DNA from: a virus
Virus record (IMG/VR): IMGVR_UViG_3300034683_000333
DNA length: 64,000 nt
Strand: one strand, 5' to 3'
Below the pieces are notes generated by a model. That model was not told the origin of the DNA and searched no databases. It saw only the letters and a program-made list of their open reading frames with translations. Positions 11,098 through 20,812 of this stretch are shown here, piece by piece. Both the position numbers and the translations under genes were made by a program. Numbering within the stretch: position 1 is the stretch's first letter; each line of letters opens with the position of its first letter.

Positions 11098-11696
11098 TGT
11101 TTAATCTCCTGTTGTCTATGGTTAAAAATGTTATTATACCAATTAGTTTGACTTCTCTTGGTATTATTTGCCTTAATTTTTACAAATCGTAGCCTATATT
11201 CAATAGCCTCCCTTGGAACATTAAAAACATCCACCAAATAATCTGTCAAATCCTCCATGGGCTTATTTTCGAGAAAGTTTTTGATTTCCTTCAAGAGCCT
11301 CCAACGTGGAACCAGCATATCCAAGGCAAAATCATTAGCAAGCTTATTTTTATGATCATTTCCAGTAAAATCGAACACCGTGTTGACCGTTTCGGGATTC
11401 CATGCGTCCTCTTTCTTTTTTCCACCGTATTTTGCGCCAAAATATCCAGTGACCAGATGTCCAAGGCAATGGGCAAGTACATAACGACGCATCGATTCGT
11501 CCGTCACATTACTTCGATTGATCACAATGATTTTTCCTTTGGGGGAAGTGTTTCTCCAGATGGCGAGCGTCTTGGGGGATTGTCGATCGTAAACCTCTTG
11601 ATAATAAACATCCAACTCTCGCATTGCACGTTCAAGATCTACAATACCGTTCGAGTCTGTAATGTCACGAGCAAGCTTAATTGCAACTTGGTTCAT
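11094..11696 (-). CDS. ImmA/IrrE-like metallopeptidase-fold protein with HExxH changed to HCxxH
   Basis: RRYVLAHCLGH, ANDFALDMLVP and FNVPREAIEYRL. Confidence 0.75.
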   Translation of the reverse strand: MNQVAIKLARDITDSNGIVDLERAMRELDVYYQEVYDRQSPKTLAIWRNTSPKGKIIVINRSNVTDESMRRYVLAHCLGHLVTGYFGAKYGGKKKEDAWNPETVNTVFDFTGNDHKNKLANDFALDMLVPRWRLLKEIKNFLENKPMEDLTDYLVDVFNVPREAIEYRLRFVKIKANNTKRSQTNWYNNIFNHRQQEIKQ

Positions 11697-11720
11697 TTCC
11701 GTCTCCGTTGTCTTACATTT

Positions 11721-11942
11721 TTATTTAGTTTTTGGTTTCAGAAAAACAACACCTTGACTTGGAACAAGAACAGAAAGCACATTTACGTTCCCGATTTCTT
11801 TAGACCCATTTTTATTGTATAACACCAAGAAATCATTTCTAAAGAAAACATCATTTAAATAAGACTGTATCGACTCATAATCACTCTCATTGCAATCATT
11901 TATGTCAAGTTCAACAATACATCTCCACTTTTGTTTGTTCAT
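11721..11942 (-). CDS. Hypothetical protein
   Basis: GGGAG RBS, in the operon context. Confidence 0.55.
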   Translation of the reverse strand: MNKQKWRCIVELDINDCNESDYESIQSYLNDVFFRNDFLVLYNKNGSKEIGNVNVLSVLVPSQGVVFLKPKTK

Positions 11943-11957
11943 CTTCGCTCCCTTAGT

Positions 11958-12218
11958 TTACATACAAAGAATACTATTGTATTTTATATTATTCATCTTT
12001 ATCCAATTAAAGAACCTCTCTGAAATATCCTCGCAATCAAACTTATTAGTTGGAAAATACATAACATGTTTGATTACTTTTCCATTAACTTCACATTCAG
12101 TAATCATTTTAGATCGATCCCCATGTCTCTCCACAACTTTATTGAGCATAACCATTTGAACATCAACCTCCATACGTAACATAATGAATATGAGATTCAA
12201 CACATCAAACTTTAGCAA
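11958..12218 (-). CDS. Hypothetical protein (start uncertain)
   Basis: Open frame co-directional with its neighbours. Confidence 0.45.
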   Translation of the reverse strand: MLKFDVLNLIFIMLRMEVDVQMVMLNKVVERHGDRSKMITECEVNGKVIKHVMYFPTNKFDCEDISERFFNWIKMNNIKYNSILCM

Positions 12219-12460
12219 ACTCGAATGCCGCTTCAGCTAGAACTCTCACCACGAATGATCTGCATGTATAATCGGTTTCGCTTCAGTATCAGAAAATGCA
12301 ACCAATTGTCAACCAATTTCGCTAAATCCCACCACCTCCTTCTGTTTAACATAAAAAAACTAAATTTATTTATAATATAATACGTTACTTGTGTATATCA
12401 ACTACAAGATAATTTTATACATAAACAAGTAAATACATTTATTTTGTTTGAATTATAAAC

Positions 12461-12916
12461 TTAATAACTCAAAAGACGACGACTTAACACATTAAATACA
12501 TAAACACGCTTATTTAGTTTTTTTGATTTCTTGATTGTATCCCAAGTTCCGCCGGTATCTTTATCTACGAAAGCAAGCACAACATCAGACAATCTTGCAA
12601 TCTCTCCATTTCTAATCATACCCGCCTTGCGACCAAAACGTTCCCAATCTGGTTTAATGATCACACTGGGTAGACCGTTTTTATCGACAAACTTTTCTGC
12701 AAATGTATCAACTCCCCTGGCTCCACCCGAAACAATCACATAAGATGAAGCTGGAATATTCAATTTATTCGAATAAGCATCTATAAAAGTTTTAATGTAT
12801 TTGTTAACAAGAGACTCATCAGTAATAGAACGGCTACCAACAATGGCTAGATAAACAAAGTGTTCATCTTTTTTGAAATCGGGTGGTATATTATTTATAA
12901 ACACTTGTTTCATCAA
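12461..12916 (-). CDS. SLOG-superfamily (YspA / DUF2493-like) protein
   Basis: LAIVGSR, VSGGARGVD and PDWERFGRKAGMIRNGEI. Confidence 0.85.
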   Translation of the reverse strand: MMKQVFINNIPPDFKKDEHFVYLAIVGSRSITDESLVNKYIKTFIDAYSNKLNIPASSYVIVSGGARGVDTFAEKFVDKNGLPSVIIKPDWERFGRKAGMIRNGEIARLSDVVLAFVDKDTGGTWDTIKKSKKLNKRVYVFNVLSRRLLSY

Positions 12917-13254
12917 AGACCTCCCACATCACATCGATAAATATATCACACAAAGTACACATTGTCAAACATAGATACCACCAAAAGCGTCTTATACCTT
13001 TCGTTAAGCCATATAACATCCAAAAATGGGAGAAAATCGAAGAAAAGTGGAGAAAATGCGAGAAACGGGGGTTCGTCATTCGGGGCGATTTTGGGTCCCC
13101 CAATTTCAGGAAGACCACCCCAAATCGCCCCTAATCGAGATTGAATCGTCGTTCAGGTTTACATACATGGCTATTATCGGACATTGGGTTCCTTATCTGC
13201 TCAAAACCGTTGACATTTTAGCACCGTGGGCTTGTTTTATAAACCGAAAGTGAC

Positions 13255-13662
13255 TCACGAAAATCTTAAAAACGTCTCCGGGTACCGATACCGACGATCC
13301 AAAAGTTCCTTGATCGTCTCATAATGCCTTCCAAGCTCGGGGTGATTGAGAACATCCACAAGAAACTGCAAAACCGCATCGTGGTTTTTCACATAGTTCA
13401 TCGTAATCGCCTCGAAATACCCCCCGTGATCGACCTTCCCGGCGTATTCATCAGACTCGAAAAAACCGGTGATATTGTTTTTGTAACAAAAATCAAAGAT
13501 TCTCCCGATGTCACGAGAAACATCATCGCTTTTAATCCACACAAGAAAGACTCCATCGCCCCTTGTGAATCGATCATCAATAATCATCTTAAAATTTTCG
13601 ACAAACCTATTTCTTGTTTCCTCGTCGGGCATCGTGAATTCAAAATAAATTGTGTTACCCAT
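13255..13662 (-). CDS. Hypothetical protein
   Basis: 135-aa ORF with an RBS-like GGGAG. Confidence 0.7.
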   Translation of the reverse strand: MGNTIYFEFTMPDEETRNRFVENFKMIIDDRFTRGDGVFLVWIKSDDVSRDIGRIFDFCYKNNITGFFESDEYAGKVDHGGYFEAITMNYVKNHDAVLQFLVDVLNHPELGRHYETIKELLDRRYRYPETFLRFS

Positions 13663-13684
13663 CTCTATACACTCCCACTTTGTT

Positions 13685-13885
13685 TTAATGGTGATTAACT
13701 TTTACGAATTTCTTTGGAATATAATATTCGCAAAAAAACACATTATTGGGCAAATATGTAAAATCGAACATAGCATTGGATACATATGAATCTTTACGAT
13801 TTTCATTTTGTTTACGAAGTTCAGAGCGCAAGCATTCATCGCCCTTTGGACAACCTACATTTACACAAACAGTAAACAAAGTCAA
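13685..13885 (-). CDS. Small Cys-containing protein
   Basis: CxxxxCPxxxxC motif. Confidence 0.55.
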   Translation of the reverse strand: MTLFTVCVNVGCPKGDECLRSELRKQNENRKDSYVSNAMFDFTYLPNNVFFCEYYIPKKFVKVNHH

Positions 13886-13912
13886 CTCCTTTTTTTACAT
13901 TTTAAAATAATG

Positions 13913-14890
13913 TTATTTGTAGAGTTTAAGAATCATTTGTTCCGCATAATTATGGTCAAACGACAAATCCGCAAACGGACCTTTTTCAGATAGCTCTTCA
14001 ATTTCTTCAATTTGTGATGCCAAAAGATCATTACATACTTTCCATTCCAACTGCCCATGCTTAATCTTCAAAATGAATTCAATTGCATCACTGGGAAGTG
14101 GGAATTTCAACTCACCATGAAGATAAAGATTTTTTGCTTGATACAAAATCCGAAAAGCATGAGACACGGCTTTCCAATCAATTCCTTCATTGGCCTCAGC
14201 CATTCTAGCACGATGACCGTAGATTTTCCATTCTCGTTCGATTCTTTCTTTGAATTCCCCCGTCCTAATGTTCAGTTGATGGGCCTTCCCATTAACAATT
14301 AACATGCTATTTTTAATAAAACAGAGATTTTCGGCGTTGATCGCTTGAACAAAATCATCGGCATAATCGAGCAATCGACTGTCTTCATCAATATGCCTAA
14401 ACTTCTCAACCAATTTACTTAATACGCTAAGACGACTGCCTTTTAGTCCATACTTTTTTGCTTGTTGATAACAATAACCCAAAAATGCTTTGTTCTTTTT
14501 TAATTGCAATAACTTTTTGCAATTAAAGAAGTCTTTGTGTAATGAATTATAAATAACTACATTTTCGTTTGTAATACTAAACAATAAATCGATTGCAACT
14601 GTATCGCCTTTAGACAGCAGGGCGTAAAATTTTTGAATTGACCAGAGACCAAAATCAACGTCATTGGGGCCATTTCGTGTATTATTATCACTAGTTGAAA
14701 AATGTACTGACTCCGGTTGTTTGTTTAAAATACATGAACTTAAAGATGGTAAAAAGATGCCTCGAAAATCTTCATCAGAATTTTCGGTTGCCGTGCCATA
14801 CAAATGACTCCCGAATTTTGTTAGATACAATAACTCAACATTGTTTTCTTTACACTTTTGAATGGCAAAGTCTAGCATATTGATCTCCAC
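13913..14890 (-). CDS. Pol-beta-superfamily nucleotidyltransferase (T4 NrdC.11-like)
   Basis: FGSHLYGTATENSDEDFRGIF and DWKAVSHAFR. Confidence 0.85.
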   Translation of the reverse strand: MEINMLDFAIQKCKENNVELLYLTKFGSHLYGTATENSDEDFRGIFLPSLSSCILNKQPESVHFSTSDNNTRNGPNDVDFGLWSIQKFYALLSKGDTVAIDLLFSITNENVVIYNSLHKDFFNCKKLLQLKKNKAFLGYCYQQAKKYGLKGSRLSVLSKLVEKFRHIDEDSRLLDYADDFVQAINAENLCFIKNSMLIVNGKAHQLNIRTGEFKERIEREWKIYGHRARMAEANEGIDWKAVSHAFRILYQAKNLYLHGELKFPLPSDAIEFILKIKHGQLEWKVCNDLLASQIEEIEELSEKGPFADLSFDHNYAEQMILKLYK

Positions 14891-14931
14891 TAATTCTTTA
14901 AACGCATTTTATGCGATCGAAAGGAAGAACC

Positions 14932-15243
14932 ATGTCCTTTACCAAAATTGATAATACACATTTTGTGTGTGATCTTTATGAACTCTATAAGACCGATATT
15001 TCAGCATACGTTCTTCAAAAAGTCAAAGATCTAGCAGTATTTAATAACACAACGGAAACCAAGTTTCATTTTGATCTTTTGTTTCTCACTCCCTCCAATT
15101 TGGTAAGCGACTACTACAAAACCAACATCAACATTTTGGCAGATATTATCGATGGGATAAGCATGGTCGATAAACACACATTAACCAATACTTATCTCAC
15201 CGATGTAACATCCGCCGATCAGGTTTATATGAACGAAGAGTGA
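14932..15243 (+). CDS. Hypothetical protein, probably truncated by an IS right end
   Basis: AAGGAAG RBS. Its TGA stop is supplied by the IS-end sequence GTGAAC at 15240. Confidence 0.6.
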   Translation: MSFTKIDNTHFVCDLYELYKTDISAYVLQKVKDLAVFNNTTETKFHFDLLFLTPSNLVSDYYKTNINILADIIDGISMVDKHTLTNTYLTDVTSADQVYMNEE

Positions 15244-15331
15244 ACTACCCCCACCTATAGAGGTGGTGGCTTCGTGGTCAATGCTCCCATCGGAGCAAGA
15301 TTACCCACGCTCAAAGGGCTGTTCCTTCCCC
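15240..15331 (-). ncRNA. Orphan TnpB omega-RNA / IS right end
   Basis: About 90 nt nearly identical to 1244-1335 (three single-base differences seen). No tnpA, tnpB or left end nearby. Confidence 0.8.
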
Positions 15332-15373
15332 AGCTTTACCAATTAAGATAACACGATTCACAGAACCAGACAT
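15311..15373 (-). pseudogene. ssb: 5' fragment of an ssb gene fused to the omega-RNA
   Basis: AAGGAGG RBS, then MSGSVNRVILIGKAG, resembling the bacterial SSB N-terminus (GSVNKVILxG). It runs into IS sequence at GGGGA. Confidence 0.65.
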
Positions 15374-15423
15374 AAAAAATCCTCCTTGTGATAGTTAAAG
15401 TTAAAGTTAACGTTAGTATATTT

Positions 15424-15975
15424 TCAAAGTTCTATAAAATCAAGCGCCATGTTCAACAAACCACTTTTTTCATGATCTGGACCGAAAAAGTGTCCAAATG
15501 AATCCACAACCTCCCCAGTCTCTTTGTTAATGATCTTGTAATAGTAAACCTCACCACGAAGATAATAATCGTAGACTTCCACTTGGTGTTTAAGAAAGTC
15601 AGTCACACTATTAAATCCGAAAAAATGACCAACAAAATGGGATGTCTTTACATAAGCAAAACCCACCTTCAACCCCCGGAGACGATTAACATATTCTTCA
15701 GTACTTAAGATCACATCGTCTTTGCCATGATAGTAAACCGGGATATGTATAATATCATTGTCAATCAAATATTTTTCCAAACTTACCACATCTTTTTCAT
15801 ATTCTTCCATCTTCTCGTGACCAAACATATCAACAGGAGCACAACAAATGATTTTTGAACAATCATTATAATTCAGTGGATTTTGTTCATCGTCGAGCCA
15901 TTCACGTTCCGAATCGATTTCAATAATATAACTACCGTAATCAAGACTTTGTTTTTCCGGCATCATCCCCTCCAC
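15424..15975 (-). CDS. Hypothetical phage protein
   Basis: 183-aa ORF with YLRGEVYYY..DSFG. Confidence 0.7.
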   Translation of the reverse strand: MEGMMPEKQSLDYGSYIIEIDSEREWLDDEQNPLNYNDCSKIICCAPVDMFGHEKMEEYEKDVVSLEKYLIDNDIIHIPVYYHGKDDVILSTEEYVNRLRGLKVGFAYVKTSHFVGHFFGFNSVTDFLKHQVEVYDYYLRGEVYYYKIINKETGEVVDSFGHFFGPDHEKSGLLNMALDFIEL

Positions 15976-16108
15976 GATATGCCTCAGTTAGAATAGAAGT
16001 AATGGCTTTAACTTCGGCGTTCACCTCATCTCTCAATCGTTTAAACTGTTCCTCAATTTTCTCCATCTTCGATAACTTTAGCTCAATATTCTTCAATCGA
16101 TCCAAAAT

Positions 16109-16357
16109 TCACAATGTCGGTTCGGTTTGTCGCTCCAGCCATTGGTTATGTTCATTTACCACAGCATCGGCCAATTCTTCATTAAAAAATCTTTCGTTAG
16201 ACCAATATACATTCTCGTCAGGACCTTCAATCCACCCCCATAAGTAACCGTTGGTAGTTGTATGACAATTTGTTTTAACCGTCCATGGTACACCGTTATG
16301 CTTAATCTCTAGTTTGCCACAACGAATGGTTCCGTATTCTGTAGTATAAGGTTTCAT
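16109..16357 (-). CDS. Hypothetical protein; the frame stays open to 15941 beyond its TGA
   Basis: AGGAG RBS. A coiled-coil-like 55 codons follow the TGA in frame. Confidence 0.6.
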   Translation of the reverse strand: MKPYTTEYGTIRCGKLEIKHNGVPWTVKTNCHTTTNGYLWGWIEGPDENVYWSNERFFNEELADAVVNEHNQWLERQTEPTL

Positions 16358-16581
16358 GTCTCATTCTCCTATTCTTCAAAAAACAATGTAAGTCAACAAC
16401 CAGTGCGTTTGAGCGTATTTTACATAGTTCACAACCTCCTTTTCTACTCATATAGAATTTGCAGAAACCGTTGATCCACCATACCACAAACAAGCCAATT
16501 TGTTAAGTAATCTTTTCATTATTGCAAAATGAGTGCTGAAATGATATCATATATAAAATTCAAATGAAAGGAGAATGTCTC

Positions 16582-16776
16582 ATGGTAAAAATCTACGGTG
16601 TCAGGGAAAAGGGGGAAGAACAGTACAATGTCACAACATCAGAAAGGGAATTTCACAATCTCATTGATCATTATGAGATCAACTCACTATCACAACTGGT
16701 AAGACTGGATGTAATCATTTTGAAATTGGAAAATACTTCATACGAAGAGCTTGTCAAACAACTTAAAGACCTTTAA
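16582..16776 (+). CDS. Small protein (distant member of the small paralogue family)
   Basis: AAGGAG RBS, starts MVKIYGV, followed by the hairpin ACCTGGATcaagcATCCGGGT. Confidence 0.7.
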   Translation: MVKIYGVREKGEEQYNVTTSEREFHNLIDHYEINSLSQLVRLDVIILKLENTSYEELVKQLKDL

Positions 16777-16875
16777 AATACCAATCAAAACCTGGATCAA
16801 GCATCCGGGTTTTTTAATTTCACCTCAATGATGTTAAAAAACGATGAAAAAACACATTTTTTTTAAAAAAAATGC

Positions 16876-16904
16876 TTGACGATCATTTTGCTATTTGTTA
16901 TTGT
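16876..16904 (+). promoter_or_regulatory. Sigma70-type promoter
   Basis: TTGACG-17-TATTGT. Confidence 0.55.
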
Positions 16905-16957
16905 GCAATCAAACGATGGGGTTGGTAAACGAAGAATCCAAACAAAGGAGAATCATC

Positions 16958-18316
16958 ATGTATAAGAATCAGGTTGCCATTCCCGAAAATTATTTCTATG
17001 AGATGAGCAAAAAGGACTACAGCAACATGCACGAAGCTGTAATCCGTGAGTTCTTCCAAAACAGTGTGGATGCCGGAGCCAAAAATTTCATCATCTGCTT
17101 CGATCAGGAAAATCATGAAATCATGTTCATTGACGATGGTACGGGAATGGACGAGGATACCATCCTGAACAAGCTTCTTGTCATGGGTGGAAGCGGCAAG
17201 GTTGGTGGTGAAACTGTTGGTGCTTTCGGTCACGCCAAAATTTTGATTTATTTTTCCTGGTTGGAATATGAAATCCGAACGAGGGATATTGTTGTTCGTG
17301 GGAAGAGCAACATGTATTCCGTTGAAAAGTCAGATCTCGAATATGTTAATGGGTGTGTAAGTACCATTAAAGTAAACGAAGAAGATTTTCAAAAGATCAA
17401 AACCTTTTCTGATTATTATTTCAACTATTGCAACACAAACACAAATGTTTATGTCGTAACATTTACGGGTACATATTCTTATGTTAACAAAAAGGAACAA
17501 TGCCTAAAAGAAAGAAAACTTATCAGCAAAACAAAATACTTTGATATATACATTGGAACAGAGTTTAAAGATAGCTATGATAACCGACAGATCTATGTTC
17601 GGACGAACGGTATTCATATGTTCAAATCTTATAATGGTTCACTGAGCGCTCCCATCATCGTCAACGCTAGGGGTGTGGCCTATGAAGTGTATAATCAAAA
17701 TAGGGATAGTCTGAAACAAGAAGCACAACTTGACATGAACAACCTTCAAAATATTCTATCCGTCGATTCCGTAAGTACAGTTGCAAATTTCTTTAATATA
17801 AGTAAGCAAGAAAGTGAGAAAAAGACAAAAAAAGTGATTGATCGCATGGAGCTTCAATACTACACAAGTCAGAACGTCGGGACAATCCCATTTTATGGTT
17901 GTGTCCCGAGTAAAATGAAAAACACCATGAAGCTCAAGCGCTACATTCGTCTTTATATGTTTGCAGAAACTCTTCTTGAAAACTACTACAACAGCTTAAA
18001 CAAACCGGCTCCAAAACTCGGTGTGGTGTTTTCCAATGAAATATTGGGCGTGGTGAGAAAGGATGAAAACGACGAACCCGTTGTGTGTATCAATTTGGAA
18101 AAAATCGGATCTCATGCTCCTAATAAAAAACTCATGGTCTTTCACCTTATTGAAGTGTTGACACATGAGATTGCTCACGTGGAAACAATTAAGAGATCCA
18201 ATTATTATGGATATCATAATGAAGAGTTCGTGCTTATGTTTCACACTGTAAGGGAATTTTTTTGGGATTTCGATGAACTGGTAAAAGAATTTAAAAAAAT
18301 ATGGAAAAGCATTTAG
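16958..18316 (+). CDS. GHKL (HSP90 / MORC-like) ATPase with a C-terminal HExxH motif
   Basis: IREFFQNSVDA, DDGTGM and GAFGHA, plus THEIAH near the C-terminus. Ends on TAG. Confidence 0.8.
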   Translation: MYKNQVAIPENYFYEMSKKDYSNMHEAVIREFFQNSVDAGAKNFIICFDQENHEIMFIDDGTGMDEDTILNKLLVMGGSGKVGGETVGAFGHAKILIYFSWLEYEIRTRDIVVRGKSNMYSVEKSDLEYVNGCVSTIKVNEEDFQKIKTFSDYYFNYCNTNTNVYVVTFTGTYSYVNKKEQCLKERKLISKTKYFDIYIGTEFKDSYDNRQIYVRTNGIHMFKSYNGSLSAPIIVNARGVAYEVYNQNRDSLKQEAQLDMNNLQNILSVDSVSTVANFFNISKQESEKKTKKVIDRMELQYYTSQNVGTIPFYGCVPSKMKNTMKLKRYIRLYMFAETLLENYYNSLNKPAPKLGVVFSNEILGVVRKDENDEPVVCINLEKIGSHAPNKKLMVFHLIEVLTHEIAHVETIKRSNYYGYHNEEFVLMFHTVREFFWDFDELVKEFKKIWKSI

Positions 18317-18326
18317 AAAAAAAAAA

Positions 18327-18353
18327 GTGCCACCAATTGGTGGCACGTTTTTT
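18327..18353. terminator. Intrinsic terminator
   Basis: GTGCCACCaattGGTGGCAC flanked by A and T tracts. Confidence 0.8.
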
Positions 18354-18359
18354 ATATCA

Positions 18360-18536
18360 TCAATCAAATCCCTTAAAATCGCTTAATTTCTCAAACTCCT
18401 CATCTGTCATTTCACCAACCCGGATGATGATTTCATCTCCGGGTTGAAGTTTTTTGAGAACCCGTTTTACATCCTGAACAGACTTTAGACCTAGGTAATT
18501 TTCATATCCAAGAGGCTTCAAAAAATAAACGATCAT
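18360..18536 (-). CDS. 58-aa protein missed by the track (small paralogue family)
   Basis: MIVYFLKP...IRVGEMTDEEFEKLSDF, with a GGGGG RBS. Confidence 0.7.
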   Translation of the reverse strand: MIVYFLKPLGYENYLGLKSVQDVKRVLKKLQPGDEIIIRVGEMTDEEFEKLSDFKGFD

Positions 18537-19745
18537 TTGTTATTCCCCCTTTTTTGGTTTTTTTACTTTCTTTAAGAATTTGTTTATAACACCCGAAAAA
18601 ATACTTTGAGCACGCTTTTTAAACTACTTTGTCTTATCTGAATCAACTTCAAGTGATTCCCTGCGAACGACCGTTGACAATTGCGGTTCACGAACGAGCT
18701 TTCCAAAGCGGTACGTATCGGAAAGCCTGGCATTGATGTGCTTATTTGTAAAATATCGAAAAACATTTAAAATTCCAGCCAATGGTTTTGTATTTTGGGA
18801 AAGAATCGTTTGAACCATCACACGATCATTATCCGATAGATGAGCAAACGGAATATACAACAAGGTTTTTAAGATCTTTTGAACCTTTTCATCCTGTTTG
18901 GAAAACCACTCGTTCCAAAGATCGTTCATAACCCCATCATCGTCTCTTCCCACGGTGGCCTGACGAAACACATCGTGGGCACCCAAAGGAGACGAGATGA
19001 CCGTATTGTAGGTTCCCATGGGGGTCCAGGTTTTTGTGGCAAGGGTTCCAGCCGACACCTGCTTGGCACGCTCGGAAAGATCAGTGTTTACGACCACAAA
19101 ATCCAAGCGTCTTCCCAATGAATCGCTAGTCTTGAAGGCTCTTACCACACGAAGGGCTTCACGTTCTGGAACACCCTTTCCACGGATCTTTCCAATCACC
19201 ACGGCCTCACGCAATGATCGGAACATGCGACGGCGGTTGTTGTCATTAAAAATATCCGATAATTGCCTCGAATATTTCTTCATGCGCTTTTGAATCGAGT
19301 TTTCAATTTTTACCTACTCTTTTTCACCAATGGACGAACGATAATTTCCGATACCACCCGCCTCACGAATTCCCTTCATGAGTTTTGCAACAAAGGCACC
19401 GTCCGGTTTATTGAATCCAACATTGTTTTTGTAGATCGTTCTCATGGCAAGCTGTTCGGCATCGGTTTGAAATTCCTATAGAAACAACATTTGCTCAAAT
19501 GCATAATCTTTATCTTTTTCAATCTTTCTTCGGATATCTCTCCACGATCTTCTTGAATTGAGTAAATCTTTGTTAGAAAATTCTCCAATACCATGGGCAA
19601 CCAATTCACTTTCTTTCTAGAACTTTTTATATTCCTATCGGGAAACAACCTTACCTTTTCGTACATAATTTATACGAGTTTTAGGGTATTTCCCCTTCCT
19701 TCTACCACGAACATCCAATGCTTTCGTAAATTTAATATCATTCAT
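18502..19745 (-). CDS. Hypothetical protein (5 TAGs)
   Basis: ATG 19745 overlaps the upstream TGA. The frame is open except for TAGs and includes FL*EFQTDAEQ..NNVGFN..KKYSRQL. Confidence 0.75.
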
Positions 19746-20812
19746 CGCTTAAATCCCCGTTTTTTGTAAACAACTTCATGCCATTTTTTAAATAAATCGT
19801 AATATGTTTTAGAGACACGAAAAATCGTATCCGCCACTTTTTGCATATTAACGTTGATCTTATGTTTTATTTGTGTTTCAAAAACAATATCAATATAGTT
19901 TTTATCCGATTGCCCAAATACCCATTCACAATTGAATACATCGAATATTTTACAATTAGTCAGAAATTCCTTCACCACACGCTCAAGAAAGGCATCGTAA
20001 TTTTCACTATCTTTATATTTGAGAAGTCCTTTTTCACTGATAATATCACACGCTTTGTATCTATCGAGTGTGAGATGTCCAAATTCATGTTTATAACGAT
20101 TGAACAGACTTGTTACAAAACGTTTTGTAATTAACATGGGAGGCATGATATTATCTACCTTATCGCCCAACAACGCCTTCATAATAACATATTCTTCATA
20201 TGTTTCTACACGTAGCTTATCAACGACCATATCATAAGAACCAATAGGATAGAAATTCAAATGCATTTGTTTGTTTTTGCGAACCCGATGAAATACATTT
20301 GCATATTCCAAAAGTGCAACAAGATCGTTGTCGTGACTAAAAACAAAACAACGGGATGTATCCACACCAGAATCGACTAATTTCTTCAAGATGTATCCCA
20401 ATTGATAATCCGCTTCATTGAAAAAATACACGCCATGACCCAGATCAGTAAATATGGATTGAATAAGCGTCCGATTAATGCTATAGGGGTGCGATTTACT
20501 TAGGTTGGCTGAAACAACGGCATCTTCACGCCTTCTGATGGAATGATTTCTATTTTTCTTATACCTTGCGTTCATCATGGACACATGTTTTGGAATTCCA
20601 TTATCAATGAAAATATAAAAATTTGCCGTTGGATTTGATGCAGTGGTATTGAAATACAATTCCAATAATTTTGCCAGAGGTGTTATGTTCACACGATTCC
20701 ACATTACTAGATTATATTGTAAATAGGGGATAAGGAAAGCTCCCCCATCAACTAGAATGTGAATTTCTCCATCCTTTGGTATGTATTTTTTAACTTCTTT
20801 CATGATAAACAT
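19742..20812 (-). CDS. 5'-3' exonuclease / flap endonuclease (T4 RNase H-like)
   Basis: ILVDGG, FIDNG, EADY, SHDNDL and LLGDKVDNI. Confidence 0.85.
   Translation of the reverse strand: MFIMKEVKKYIPKDGEIHILVDGGAFLIPYLQYNLVMWNRVNITPLAKLLELYFNTTASNPTANFYIFIDNGIPKHVSMMNARYKKNRNHSIRRREDAVVSANLSKSHPYSINRTLIQSIFTDLGHGVYFFNEADYQLGYILKKLVDSGVDTSRCFVFSHDNDLVALLEYANVFHRVRKNKQMHLNFYPIGSYDMVVDKLRVETYEEYVIMKALLGDKVDNIMPPMLITKRFVTSLFNRYKHEFGHLTLDRYKACDIISEKGLLKYKDSENYDAFLERVVKEFLTNCKIFDVFNCEWVFGQSDKNYIDIVFETQIKHKINVNMQKVADTIFRVSKTYYDLFKKWHEVVYKKRGFKR

Noticed and set aside
12218-12335. Upstream extension of ORF 11958..12218 from an AAGGAGG-GTG start
   Set aside because: It needs two TGA readthroughs. The stretch also contains TTGACA-16-GATACT and is more simply a promoter or UTR.
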